Positions 28,471 to 42,211 are shown, numbered from the stretch's first letter. The stretch is DNA of 64,000 bases from Octopus vulgaris (GCA_951406725.2 OX597837.1:40796001-40860000), one strand, 5' to 3'. A program made the numbers and translations. Notes: a model not told the origin generated them from the sequence alone.

Positions 28471-28764
28471 TATCTCCATCCCTGGCCATCATGGGAACCT
28501 CTTTTCATCATCATCTTCATCACCATCATCATCAACAATAAGAACAACAACCATCTGCCTTCTGCTCTGGTGTTTCGATTTGCTAGTAATAGCAACTAAA
28601 TCTACGTGAACTGAAGACAGCCTGATGACTCAAAATGAAGCAAAGATACATTGTAGGTATATTTTATGTATATATATACATACAATCAGGACAGTCATGG
28701 TTGGATTGTCGTCCGATGGATTTGAAACAGCAACAGCTATTACTACTACTCTCTAAAAGTTGAT

Positions 28765-29230
<466 letters not shown>

Positions 29231-29560
29231 TCACTTTCTCATCAAAGCGAACTCTTGTTGATGGTGGTACTGGTGGTGGTGGTGGTACTCGCGGTGGTGG
29301 CGGTGGTGTTTGTGGTTCTCGTGGTTGTTACGTCACTATTAACGTCAATGTGTAATGGTGAACATTGGCGATAAATTGTGCCATTATTGAAGTTGTTGTT
29401 GTTGCTATTATTGTTTCTGTCAATTGTCGTTAAAGGGGAGGCGAGGTCGATAAAAGAGCGAGAGTCAGGTGGCGGAAGCAATTTCTCAGAAACATATACG
29501 CTCTCATACGTATTCACATAACACACAGACATGCAAATACACACACACGCACACACACAC

Positions 29561-29606
<46 letters not shown>

Positions 29607-30591
29607 ACACACTCGAACCGTTCATTAACTTCTAGTCACTTTTTCTTTGACACATCCGTCTTGCATCTCATCCTTCCTCCCGCCTTTTTCCTCTTCCTCC
29701 TCCTTCTCATTTTCTTCGTCCTCCTCCTCATTGCCTTCCTCTTCGTTTTCCTCTTCGTCTTCCTTTTCTATGTCTTCTTCCTCCTTTTTCACCCCCACCC
29801 TATTACGACCCCAATCACCAATCGCCACGACCAATACCACCACTACCAACACAGCTGCCTAGAAAAAATTCACTACAACCATCACCATCACCATCACCCA
29901 CCACCACCACCACCACCACCGATAAGACGACCACCACAACCACCAACAACAACAACACCAATAACACATACACCACTGCCACAACCTCCACCATGAACCA
30001 CCCCGTCATCAGTACAACCATCAAGATTACCATTACCATAGCCAACATCACCACCACCAACATCCCTACCACAGGATTCCCCCACTACCACCGTCACCAC
30101 CATCACCACAACTACCTTGCTATCGCCAACACAACCACCACTACAAACTGCCACCATCACTAACATCACCTTGCTATCGCCACACCACCACACCCACTAT
30201 TACCGCTACTACCACCAACACCAGCCTACTACCATCCACACCACCAGCACCATCGTACTATCGCCCACATCAGTACCACCAACACCATCCTACTATCGCC
30301 TATACCACCACCACCACCGCCGCTCTACTATCGCCCAGACCATCACCACGAACACCACCCTAATATCGCCCACACCTCCACCACGAACACCATCTTACTA
30401 TCGCCCTCGCCCACCAGCTACCCATGTATACGACCAAAGCCTCTTGTACCCAGTCATCACACGTGATGCAGCCGCATTATCTACTCGTTAATCGCTCCAT
30501 TTCACATAATACTTGCGTGTTAATTAATTAATAATTGCTAATACATACACAAAAGACAGAGATAGTCTTTTTTAATTTATTATTTAAAAAA

Positions 30592-30692
<101 letters not shown>

Positions 30693-31184
30693 GAAATTTT
30701 GTCCTTTGCTTCATTATTCGTTTTTTTTCCTCCTCCGAAACCGCAGCCAGATTTTTATAATTGTTACCCACCCGCTTCTCCTTGCCTTCCCCATGTCGAT
30801 CGCGATAGCTATCGTCATCATCATCATCAACATCATCATGAACATCACCATCACCGTTATTTCTGTAGGTCCCCATCACTTGCCAATATCTTCATTTCCT
30901 CCAGGGCTTGTGCCCAACACACACCCGTCCCCCACCGCCGGTGCGAACATTGCCATCAACAATATGTGTTTCTGTTTGTGTGTGTGTTTGTATTTGTATG
31001 TAAAATATTGCAGACTTGTGTGTATGTGTATGTGTGTGTGTGTGTTGTGTGTGTGTGTAAAATAGTAAATATGTACATGCACACGTACACACACGCACAC
31101 CTATATACTAATATATATAAATATATACTAATATATATATAAATATTAACCCTATATGTATATATAGTAAACATTACGTATATA

Positions 31185-31236
<52 letters not shown>

Positions 31237-31308
31237 TGTGTGTGTGTGTATGTTTATATATATGTAAATATGTATGTACGTATATATATATGTATCTATA
31301 TATATACG

Positions 31309-31370
<62 letters not shown>

Positions 31371-31371
31371 C

Positions 31372-31412
<41 letters not shown>

Positions 31413-31500
31413 GAGAGAGATCGTTTACGTATGTATGTATTTATATATACATGAATAAGTGTATCTATTTATCTCTTTCGCTGTTTCTCTCTCTCTCCCT

Positions 31501-31638
31501 AGGAGTGACTTACAAGCCACATGGTTCAGGATTCAACCCCACTGCGTGGCACCTTGAGCAAGTGTCTTCTACTATAGCCTCGGGCCGACCAAAGACATTT
31601 GAGTGGATTTGGTAGACAGAAACTGAAAGAAGAACACT

Positions 31639-31670
<32 letters not shown>

Positions 31671-31880
31671 GTTTGTGTGTTTGTGTTTGACCCCCACTAT
31701 CGCTCGACAACCGATGGTGGTGTGTTTAAGTCCCCGTAACTTAGCGGTCCCGCTACAGAGACCGATAGATTGAGTTCTAGGCTCACAAAGAATAAGTCCT
31801 GGTGTCGATTTGTTCGACTAAAGGTGGTACTCCAGCATGACCGCAGTCAAATGACTGAAACAAATAAAAGAATAAAAAAG
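31501..31880 (+). mobile_element. Family A SINE
   Basis: Same blocks as the 28765 copy. Confidence 0.85.
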
Positions 31881-31894
31881 AATATATATAGATG

Positions 31895-31937
<43 letters not shown>

Positions 31938-32061
31938 TGGCGGACTGGCCAAGTTGCCAGCTTGCCCGATGGCAAGTGGGCCCTGTGCCATTATAATCCT
32001 TATATGGGGGCTAATGTTAGTATCTAAGTATCATACATACATACATGTATGTATACATATG

Positions 32062-32133
<72 letters not shown>

Positions 32134-32182
32134 CATGTACATATATGTATGTATGTATGCATATGTTTTATTTATTAAATTG

Positions 32183-32224
<42 letters not shown>

Positions 32225-32228
<4 letters not shown>

Positions 32229-32462
32229 GGGAGTAAGCACATAAATGCAAAATAAGGTGGAAAAAATAGTACTCGAATACCAGAGATAGAGTAATATGCT
32301 TTATTGAAAAGCAGCAGAAATATCGCAAAAACCGTTACTCAGAAGTTCACGTTCCCGTTTGTCGGAGAGTTTTGTTTAGAATTCTAAACAAAACTGTCCG
32401 ACGAACGGGTATGCGAAACTCTGAACAACAGTCTGAGATATTTGTGCTGCTTTTCAATAAAA

Positions 32463-32465
<3 letters not shown>
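32225..32465. mobile_element. Head-to-head inverted duplication of a hammerhead-bearing element
   Basis: Arms 32300-32381 and 32382-32461 are centred on GAATTC; each arm carries a CCGAC(G/A)A-ACG...GAA hammerhead-like motif. Confidence 0.75.
32393..32432 (+). ncRNA. Decayed type I hammerhead-like motif, U4C core
   Basis: ACTGT-CCGACGA-ACGGGTATGC-GAAA-CTCTGAA-CA-ACAGT; stem I ACTGT/ACAGT is intact, the cleavage site is mutated. Confidence 0.5.
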
Positions 32466-32519
<54 letters not shown>

Positions 32520-32559
32520 ATATATGTCTCTGTGTGTGTATGTATATTTATATATGAGA

Positions 32560-32715
32560 ACCTTATACTTCTTTAGTTTTACGTAATTGATTATATTTAA
32601 TCAAAATGATATTTCTCTTCAATATTGATAACATAATTCCATCTATTTAACAAATTCTTGATCTCTCGGGCATAGAATTCTTCAGATTATTTCGAAGCAA
32701 AGAATTGCAATGATC
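32560..32715 (-). mobile_element. Mariner transposase extreme C-terminal remnant
   Basis: Minus strand QFFASK*SEEFYAREIKNLLNRWNYVINIEEKYHFD*. Confidence 0.7.
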
Positions 32716-32933
32716 CGAAGCGAAACTGGCCAAACTATAGTTTGTTTTAATAGTTTTCATTCCCACAGACAGAACGAATATTTCTTGCCTCTTCCAATAG
32801 TGAAGAACGGCCTTTTGAAGTTATACAGCATGCAGTGTTTGATATGGATCGGACCGAAATTCATATTCAGTCACGATGGTATGAAGTAGTCTGCAAAGAA
32901 AGAGAAAAACATAAGCAACAAGAATAACTCCGG

Positions 32934-33026
32934 TAATTTGGTACGAGCGTTTCGTACTACATCATTTTAATAAATGTTGTAAGTATTACAACAGTTTTAA
33001 AATGCTGAGTACTCATCAGCCAATTA
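32934..33026 (-). ncRNA. Type I hammerhead ribozyme, canonical core, long stem II
   Basis: TAATTGG-CTGATGA-GTACT...AGTAC-GAAA-CGCTCG-TA-CCAAATTA; all core nucleotides and three stems present; GUA cleavage site between 32942 and 32941. Confidence 0.85.
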
Positions 33027-33260
33027 TAGAGCTTTTCCATTAATAAAAAAAATGTCATATCAAGTGACAATATTATAGAGAAGGTAGATACATAGACAAA
33101 GATGTGGATTTAAATTTTAAGAACATTTGAGGTAGTGGAGCTCATCAACTGACTGACTAAGATTCAGTTGTTCCAAACTACTTTAAGGTTCTGAGAATGA
33201 AGAACAAGTGAGATGAGGCAATAAAGATTTTCTAATTATAGAAATGGGGTAAAGGGGATG

Positions 33261-33300
<40 letters not shown>

Positions 33301-33348
33301 CAATAATAAATCTGAACGAAATTTAAACAGTAGCTGCACGATATCGTG

Positions 33349-33494
33349 AAGTATATATGCCACCTAAATGTAGTTAACCCTTAAGGGTTGCTGCTATGTA
33401 GCTTGTAGACCCTGGAGGAGATGTCTTCCTGGTGCTACAAGCTACAGTTGCATCAACCCTTAAGGGTTAGCCACATTTAGGTGGCATATATACT
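33349..33494. repeat. Long fold-back hairpin
   Basis: AAGTATATATGCCACCTAAATG...TGTAGCTTGTAG pairs with CTACAAGCTACA...CATTTAGGTGGCATATATACTT. Confidence 0.9.
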
Positions 33495-33605
33495 TGACTA
33501 TATGCATATATATATATATATATATATGACTAAGGATAAGTTCATAATTTAAATACCGATCTTATCAGGTGGCCAACATGGGAGTAACAACTTTCAAAGG
33601 TTCAA

Positions 33606-33742
33606 AATTTAGGGTATCTAAGAGATACCACCACTCTGGAAATAGCAACCAAAACATGATTCTATAACCACCAAATGTGGTTTTAGAGTCAAGTTTTGGC
33701 TGCTATTTCCAGCGTGGTGGTATCTCTTAGACACCCTAAATT
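33606..33742. repeat. Long fold-back hairpin, 5-nt loop
   Basis: AATTTAGGGTATCTAAGAGATACCACCAC...AACCAC-CAAAT-GTGGTT...GTGGTGGTATCTCTTAGACACCCTAAATT. Confidence 0.9.
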
Positions 33743-33743
33743 A

Positions 33744-33783
<40 letters not shown>

Positions 33784-33785
<2 letters not shown>

Positions 33786-34108
33786 CGCAGGAGTGGCTGT
33801 GTGGTAAGTACCTTGCTTCCCAACCATATCGTTCCGGGTTTGTAGTCCCACTGCATGGCACCTTGGGCAAGTGTCTTCTATTATAACCTCTGATGAGTGG
33901 ATTTGGTTGACGGAAACTGAAATATTCCCGTCGTACATATGTAGGTATGTGTGTCCCCACCAATCTTGCTTGACAACCGATGTTGGTGTCTTTACGTCCC
34001 CATAGCGTAGTGGTTTGGCAAAATGCACCAACAGAATATGTACTAGGCTCGACTAAAGTCCCTGCCCCAGCATGGCCGCACTCAAATGATTGAGACAAAT
34101 AAAAGAAT
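33784..34108 (+). mobile_element. Family A SINE
   Basis: GGCGCAGGAGTGGCTGTGTGGTAAG head and conserved tail. Confidence 0.85.
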
Positions 34109-34886
34109 ATTTGTGTGTGTGTGTATGTGTGTGTGTGTGTATGTGTGTGTGTGTGTATGTGTGTGTGTGTGCGTGTATTAAAATAACATCTTTGGCGACT
34201 TAACTTAAAATTCCTTAACGACAACGTAACCTTCAAATGACTAAGGTATCTTCGGCCTGTTGAGTGGTTAGCAGAGTACCCTACTTCATCAGAGGATCTG
34301 CTATCTAGGAAACGAATGTAGGTTGGCTTTTACCTGCTCCACTTTCTCAATTTAGATTTTTTTTTTTTTGGCATTTATAGCAAGCCCAGTTGCTCACTGT
34401 GATCTGTAAAAAATTTCTTTTCTGTTTATCCAACTTCTATACGGGAAAAACCTTCGAGGCCGATAAATTATTTATGTTCTTGAACGTTGTTTTTTGTTCT
34501 TACCACGGACTGTTCGAAGCTTACAAATTTCCTACACTTAAATCCTCCGATCTTCTAAGTATATATATATATGTTTTGTTTTTTCCTTCTCATAAGGGCC
34601 GGTTTCCCGGTTTCCTTGGCCTGACGCCGGTGAACTCCAAGATGCAGGAGGAGAGAGTGAGAGAAAGTTGTGGCGAAAGAGTTAGCAGAAGTTCGCCATT
34701 ACCTTCTGCCGGAGCTGCGTGGAGCTTAGGTGTTTCGCTCATAAACACACACACATCGCCCGGTCTGAGATACGAACCCTCGAGTCCGTTGCTCCAACCA
34801 TTAGGCCTCCACCCTCCGACCTCGTGTGTACCGTTGGCGATTTTTTTCCCTCTGTCTTCCCTTCTCTGGATCTTTCCTTCTCCTAT

Positions 34887-34921
34887 GTTTCCGACGAAGA
34901 GCTCCGCTCGAAACGTTAAAC
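34887..34921 (+). ncRNA. Minimal type I hammerhead-like motif, U4C core
   Basis: GTTT-CCGACGA-A-GAGC-TCC-GCTC-GAAA-CG-TT-AAAC; stem I GTTT/AAAC covaries with CTTT/AAAG of the A6U family. Confidence 0.65.
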
Positions 34922-35018
34922 CCTCCTTCTTCCCTTCTTTCCTGAGCGTCCAATAATACTTTATTTGTTCCACGTCCTCGCGTAGTTGGGGTTTTTTTGT
35001 GTTTTCTTGTTTGGATTA

Positions 35019-35061
<43 letters not shown>

Positions 35062-35087
35062 TAAAAGCAGCAGAAATATCACAAAAT

Positions 35088-35125
35088 CTGTTACTCAGAG
35101 TTTCACGTTCCTGTTCATCGAAAAG
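35088..35125 (-). ncRNA. Decayed hammerhead-like motif (32.3-kb family)
   Basis: Minus strand TCGATGA-ACA-GGAA-CGT-GAAA-CTCTGAG-TA-ACAG. Confidence 0.5.
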
Positions 35126-35229
35126 TTTCGTTATATATCTGGTGCCTTTAAATAAAGCATACTACTATACCTCTGGCATTTGAGTACTCTTTTCTTCCAC
35201 CTTGTTTCACATTTATGTGCTTACCCCGG

Positions 35230-35279
<50 letters not shown>

Positions 35280-35541
35280 GGTATGTAAATATGTATGGGG
35301 CGTAGTTAGGTGTGTTCCTTACAGATCCCTAATCAAACAAAATATGCCTACATAAAATAAACATTGTAATGTGTGCTTATGTGTATATGTGTATATATGT
35401 ATGAAAAAACACATGTATGTATGTAGATTGAAACATGCATATAATCTGATTGATTTATACATCTATTAATGTATGCGTGTAAGTCTTAATACATATCTAC
35501 GCATACATGTACATAATAAACATGCACATATACATACATAC

Positions 35542-35585
<44 letters not shown>

Positions 35586-36364
35586 ATACATACATACATA
35601 CATACATATATACATATGTATGTATGTTTGTGTACATACATACATACATACATACATACAAACATACATACATACATACATACATACATACATACAAACA
35701 TACATACATACATACAAACATACATAATTACATACATACATACATACATACAAACATACATACGTGCATACATACATACATACATACATACATACATACA
35801 TACATACATACATACATACATACATACAAACATACATACAGACATACATACAAACATACATACAGACATACATACATACATATATATATGTGTGTGTGAG
35901 TGTATAAATATTTATATATATATATATATGTGTGTGTGTGTTTGTGTGAAATATGGAATAGACATACACCAGACAGCCATATTGGCCAGTAAGAGAAAGA
36001 CTATCGTACTCTGCTACCTCGGTGTTAGCCGAGCCGAAGATATTTATATTTTCTTTTATAACTTCCTATGGTGTTTCACTTTTCATCCGAAAGCACCTTC
36101 TCTCCACCCATTTCGTTTACAGATTAAGAAAAACCCATGTTTACCGTGCAGCACACGCCACTCCTCTCCTGTTTGTTTGTTCTGAATCCTTTCTTTTTAC
36201 CTTATTACAAATCGCCATCAAACACCTTCTGAACTCCCTTTTCGGAGTCTTTGATCTGCCTTAAAGATTTGTACAGCGTATCCCTTATTTATTGTTGCTG
36301 TCGGTTTTGTTTCTTTTGTTGCTGTTGCTGTGTTTGCTGTTTATTATTTTCTATTTAACCGTTG

Positions 36365-36436
<72 letters not shown>

Positions 36437-36437
36437 T

Positions 36438-36487
<50 letters not shown>

Positions 36488-36608
36488 CTCTCTCTCAAAC
36501 ACACGCACTATTATATACTATTATATACACACTGACCCAAACTAACACACTCACAGAATCACTCACACAACGCACACACATACAAACACGCATACGCATG
36601 TCTAAATG

Positions 36609-36673
<65 letters not shown>

Positions 36674-36866
36674 GTCTGTCTGTCTGTCTGTCTGTCTGTA
36701 TGTCTGTCTTTCTATCTACCTCTCTTTCTCTCTCTATATATATGTATATGTGTGTGTGTACAAATGGATACATACATACGTACATAGATACACACATATA
36801 TAAACTCATTTACATACACATTCATTCGTAGATATATGCATATACATGTTGCTATATACACACACA

Positions 36867-36916
<50 letters not shown>

Positions 36917-37204
36917 CAAACACATCAAGTGGGGTGGTTTCCAGGATTTTGGTGGGGATTGTTGCCAAAATCTTTCGAAAAAAAATACTATATAAGGTAG
37001 GAATCTCAATTCGTAACAAATGGACCCATTTTTATGAAATCTAACTTCTTTGTATCAGACTATAAGCATATAAAACAGTGATGTTGTGAAAATGTTGCCC
37101 GAAAAAACTTGGGTCCGATTCTTTTGGGTTTGGCTCGGCTAGAAAGAGTGTTGCCTGTGCAACTAGCGCAAGACCCTGGCATCCGCCACTGCACATATAC
37201 ACAC

Positions 37205-37249
<45 letters not shown>

Positions 37250-37250
<1 letters not shown>

Positions 37251-37640
37251 TCTTTTATTCTTTTATTTGCTTCAGTCATTTGACTGCGGCTATGCTGGAC
37301 CATATCCTTTAGTCGAACAAATCGACTCCCGGACATTTTTAAAGCCTAGCATTTATTCTATCGGTTCTTTCGCCGAACCGCTAGATTACGGAGACGTAAA
37401 CACACCAACATCGGATGCCAAGCGACGGAGAAACATAGACACACAAACACGCACACATATATACATATAAATATATATTTACGACGGGCTTCTTTTGGTT
37501 TCCGTCTACCAAATCCACTCATAAGGCTTTGGTAAGCCCGAGGCTATAGTACAAGACACTTGCCCAAGGTGCCACGAAGTGGGAATGAACCCGGAACCAT
37601 GTGGTTGGTAAGCAAGCTACTTATCACACAGCCACTCCTG
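37250..37640 (-). mobile_element. Family A SINE
   Basis: Full reverse-complement homology. Confidence 0.85.
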
Positions 37641-37809
37641 CGAAAATGGTTAAAAGTATTTTGTGCAACCAATTTACTGCGCGGAAAATTTTAATGACCA
37701 AATTTTATATTGACCCTGAAGGATCATATTGGCCCTGGCTAAGAACCACAGAACTGAATCTACAAAGTGGTGCCCCAGCATGGCCGCTGTTCAGCACCTA
37801 GTAAAATAT

Positions 37810-37972
37810 GAGGTGTGGCTGTGTGGTAAGAAGCTTGGTTCCCAGCCGCATGTTTCCGGCTTCAGTTCGACTGCGTGGCATCTTGCGTCACTGACCCCTA
37901 CTATTGATTTGGACCAACCAAAGCCTTATGAGTGGATATGGTAAACGGAAACTAAAAGACGTTCGTCGTATG

Positions 37973-38007
<35 letters not shown>

Positions 38008-38240
38008 GTATGTATGCATATATTGATATGTGCGTGTATTTGTCCCCCATCATCGCATGACAGCCGATGTTGGTGTGATTCCATCCTCGTAACTTAACGG
38101 TTCACTAAAGAGACCGATAGAATAAGTACTACGCTTAAAATAATTCATGGGGGACAAATTGTTCGACAAAAACTCTTTAAGGCGGTGCTCCAGCATGGCC
38201 GCAAACTAATGCCCGAAACAAGTCAAATATCAAAAGAATA
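37810..38240 (+). mobile_element. Diverged family A SINE
   Basis: GTGGCTGTGTGGTAAGAAGCTT head; GGCGGTGCTCCAGCATGGCC tail. Confidence 0.8.
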
Positions 38241-38272
38241 TATATATACCTTCAATTAGAGGTTAAATTAGC

Positions 38273-38330
<58 letters not shown>

Positions 38331-38373
38331 GTATTCTGAAAGCTAAAGGAGAAATATATACATTTATCCTTTT

Positions 38374-38480
38374 CAACTTTGTACCCTGCAAGGTTTCAAC
38401 AATTTTTACGCAATCGAACTTAATTAAATTAAATTAAATCCGTTTACGATTGGCTTGTTTCATCAGCAATCCGCTGGTTG
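38374..38480 (-). ncRNA. Type I hammerhead ribozyme, canonical core
   Basis: CAAC-CAGCGGA-TTG-CTGATGA-AACAA...TTGTT-GAAA-CCT-TGCA-GGG-TA-CAA-A-GTTG; stem III has a palindromic TGCA loop; GUA cleavage site between 38382 and 38381. Confidence 0.85.
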
Positions 38481-38512
38481 CAGAAAATTTTCTTGAATTT
38501 TTCTATATATTG

Positions 38513-38582
<70 letters not shown>

Positions 38583-39111
38583 TACGACAGGCTTCTTTCA
38601 GTTTGATCGGCCCGAGGCTATAGTAGAAGACACTTGCCCAAGGTGCCACGAAGTGGAAATGAAATCGGAACCATGTGGTTTATAAGCAAGCTACTTACCA
38701 CACAGCCACTCCTGTGGCTATACTATCTATATTTCATGTCTGTCTATCATTCTATCTTTCAACACATACATACATACATGCATGCATACATACGTACATA
38801 ATACTAGATACATACATATATACATACACACATATGCACATGCACACACACACACATGCATATATACATGTATGTATATATATGTATATATATAAAAAAA
38901 AAAATTCGTGCATTCATATGTAAGAACATGCATACATTATTCAGGTAAGCCAGAAGCCAGGAAAAGGCGTAGCACCTTCTTCAGATACATCAAAGGGAAC
39001 ACCGACCGCCAAAGCTGACAGATATTTCACCTGTGTTTATATACAACAACACACCTGACAAATAGTTAACTCTTTCCATAAAACTTTTATCGCTTTAATA
39101 AAAGAAATCGC

Positions 39112-39760
<649 letters not shown>

Positions 39761-40275
39761 TTGTTCTTGTTGCTGTTGATTTGTAAATCTCATTTTTTTT
39801 GTGGCCTTGGCAGTGTAATTATAATTATTGTTATTATTATCAACATTTATATTATTATTATTATGTAAGGCAGTCAGGAGGATGAGCTGGCTCAGTCGTT
39901 AGAACATACACTTTGGTACCAAGCTATGTGTTACCAGTTCAAATTTACCTGTCATCTAATCGGGGGTCTGTGAAGTAAGTGCCATTTGAATACTGGACTG
40001 ATGTATTCGACTACTTCTGCGTCAAATCGCGGGCTTTATAGCCAAAACTTGAAATCCTTATTGTAATGCTTTTAGTATTTCATATGAGGTCGATGATATA
40101 AGAACCAGCTGAACAATGGAAGTCCCTAAAACTCCTACAAAATTTCAGACCTTGCGCCTATAGTCATAACAATTATTATCATTTTTGTAAACCACATATT
40201 TAATGACTTTTAGCAGTTTAATTAATATTGTCATCATCAAAGTTGCTGCTGCTGTAATTACTATTATTATTATCA

Positions 40276-41487
40276 TTCAGTAGTTTTATTTTTATAGCGT
40301 ATTTCACTTCACTATCGAGCGCAGCTCTGTGTGCCTTGGGTATGTGCTGTGATTTGTTGTGATGCTCTGATCGTTACTATATTGAAAGTGTTCCGCGTAG
40401 GATGTGTGCAGTACCTAGTAGTGCAATTGTCTGTATGTTATATGTGATTGAAAGTCCTGGTGTTTTGGTTATGTATTTGTCTGAATATTTTTTTATCATG
40501 CCTAATGTACCAACTATGATAAGAATTGTTTCTGTTTTTAGATTCCACATTCTACTTACCTCTATTTCCAGGTCTTTGTATTTTGAAAGTTTCTCCATTT
40601 CTTTTAAAGACACGTTATCATCTGCTGGTATCGATGCATCAATTAGAAAGCATAATTTTCTTCATGACCTCTGACAACTACATCTGGTGTGTTGGTCTTA
40701 ATTTATCTATCTGTATTGGCATATCCCAGAGTATGGTTGCTTTCTCGTTTTCTGTTACATTTTCTGGTTTGTGCCTATACCATCTTTTTTCTGTTGTTAT
40801 TCCATAATGTTGGCATAGCTTCCAGTGTATGTAAGTCCCAACTCTGTCATGTCTGTGAATATATTCCTTCTTAGTCAGGACTGGGCAGCCAGAGATAATA
40901 TGATTTATTGTTTCTTGACCATCTCCACATATTCTGCAGTTACTTGTTATATTTCTTTTCATTATATGTTTTTGGTAATTTCTGGTGGGGAAGCTTTGGT
41001 CTTGTGCTGCAATTAAAAATCCCTCTGTCTCTGCTTTGAGTCCTGAGCTTCTCAACCACTGCTGGGACTTTAGTCCAGTATTTGCCATGAAGGGGCTTTT
41101 CTTGCCATCATTTTATCATGGTCCGTTGCTGTTCGAGTTTTAGTTTTGATTTCATTTGTTTTATAGCTTTTGTTGTTTTCTTCTTCTTCATATTTGTTAG
41201 GTGGTATGATTTCTTGTTTGTTTTTGTCAGCTTCCTTAAATACTGAGATCAGTTTTTTGTTTTGCTCGCGTTTTGCCGCTATTTGTATCAGTTTTTCTTC
41301 CTTCTTAAGTAGGTATTTTTGCAGTCCTATGGTGGTTAATTTATAATAGTTTTCCAGCTGTATTAGGCCTCTACCACCTTCTATACGTTGTATATATGGC
41401 CTTTCTATGTCAGATTCTAGGTGATGCATCCAAGACCCTGTCATTATTTTTCTTGTTTTCCTATCTATTTTGGTTAGTTCATTTAGA
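40276..41487 (-). mobile_element. 5'-truncated R4/Dong-like non-LTR retrotransposon (RLE endonuclease)
   Basis: GGRGL (RT C-terminus), ETEGFLIAAQDQ, CCHC knuckle CRICGDGQETINHIISGC, RHD, ILWD, KEMEKLSKYKDL...IIVGTLG; frameshifted; the 3' end runs into (TAA)n. Confidence 0.92.
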
Positions 41488-41489
41488 TA

Positions 41490-41785
41490 TTTTGCCTGTC
41501 TTTACATTCGACTTTGCCTTTCATTCTTTCGGGGTCGATAAATTAAGTACCAGTTACGCGCTGGGGTCGATGTAATCGACTTAATCCGTCTGTCTGTCCT
41601 TGTTTGTCCCCTCTGTGTTTAGCCCCTTGTGGGTAGTAAAGAAATAGGTATTTTAATCTATCGAACCCGAAAAGACGAAAGGCAAAGTCGGCCTCGACGG
41701 AATTTGAACTTAGAGCGTAAAGAACAAATGAAATACAGCTAAGCATTACGCCCGACGTGCTAACGTTTCTGACAGCTTGCCGACT
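41490..41785. mobile_element. Two family B SINE fragments in opposite orientation
   Basis: Plus copy 41490-41650, minus copy 41655-41785. Confidence 0.8.
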
Positions 41786-41909
41786 TACACACACACGCAC
41801 ACACACACACACGCGCGCGCGCGCGCGCGCACACACACATTATGTACGCACGTATGTATGAGTATGTCAGTGTGTGTGCACGTATGTGTATATATATGTA
41901 TTTATATTC

Positions 41910-42200
41910 ATGTAACATCGTCTGTTTTTCCGTCCTTGTTTTCGTATTACATTCGATGCTTTTTTTCCAAGGAATCTAATGCTCTTAGCTTAGTTTTTCC
42001 TTGGAGCTGGACAGATCGGAGCAATCTCAAGATTAATCAGCCGAAATTGCGAGGATGATCCGGTTCTTGACTGAAGATAAAAGGTCTCGAATGACCCGTC
42101 CTTGTTTTTTTTGTATCATCTATCTGGATGTTTTGTAGTCCCTTTTTGCAGCACCTAGTTGTCCAGATGTTTTACGTTCTTGTCTCATTTTGTATTATAT
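41910..42200 (+). mobile_element. Longest copy of the structured CAGCCGAAATTGC...CTGAAGA element
   Basis: Homologous to 25108-25352 (minus); internal hairpin CCAAGGAA...TTCCTTGG. Confidence 0.65.
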
Positions 42201-42211
42201 TTTATATATTT

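Noticed and set aside
27478-28599. 373-aa Pro/Thr-rich ORF resembling extensin, formin or mucin
   Set aside because: Translation of (CCA)n-type repeats, which lack stop codons; no domain or convincing splice context.
33889-33920. CTGATGA...GGAAAC (also CTGATGA at 28622 and 47149; CTGACGA on the minus strand at about 60245)
   Set aside because: Stems do not close or GAAA is missing; the first arises from a deletion within a SINE.
36031-36102. GAG-CCGAAGA...GAAA-GCACC-TT-CTC, a possible further U4C hammerhead
   Set aside because: Stems I and III are plausible but stem II does not pair; counted only as a possible decayed fragment.
38945-39060. Possible exon after TTATTCAG
   Set aside because: The same site also reads as a donor (CAG|GTAAG); no partner site or recognisable peptide.
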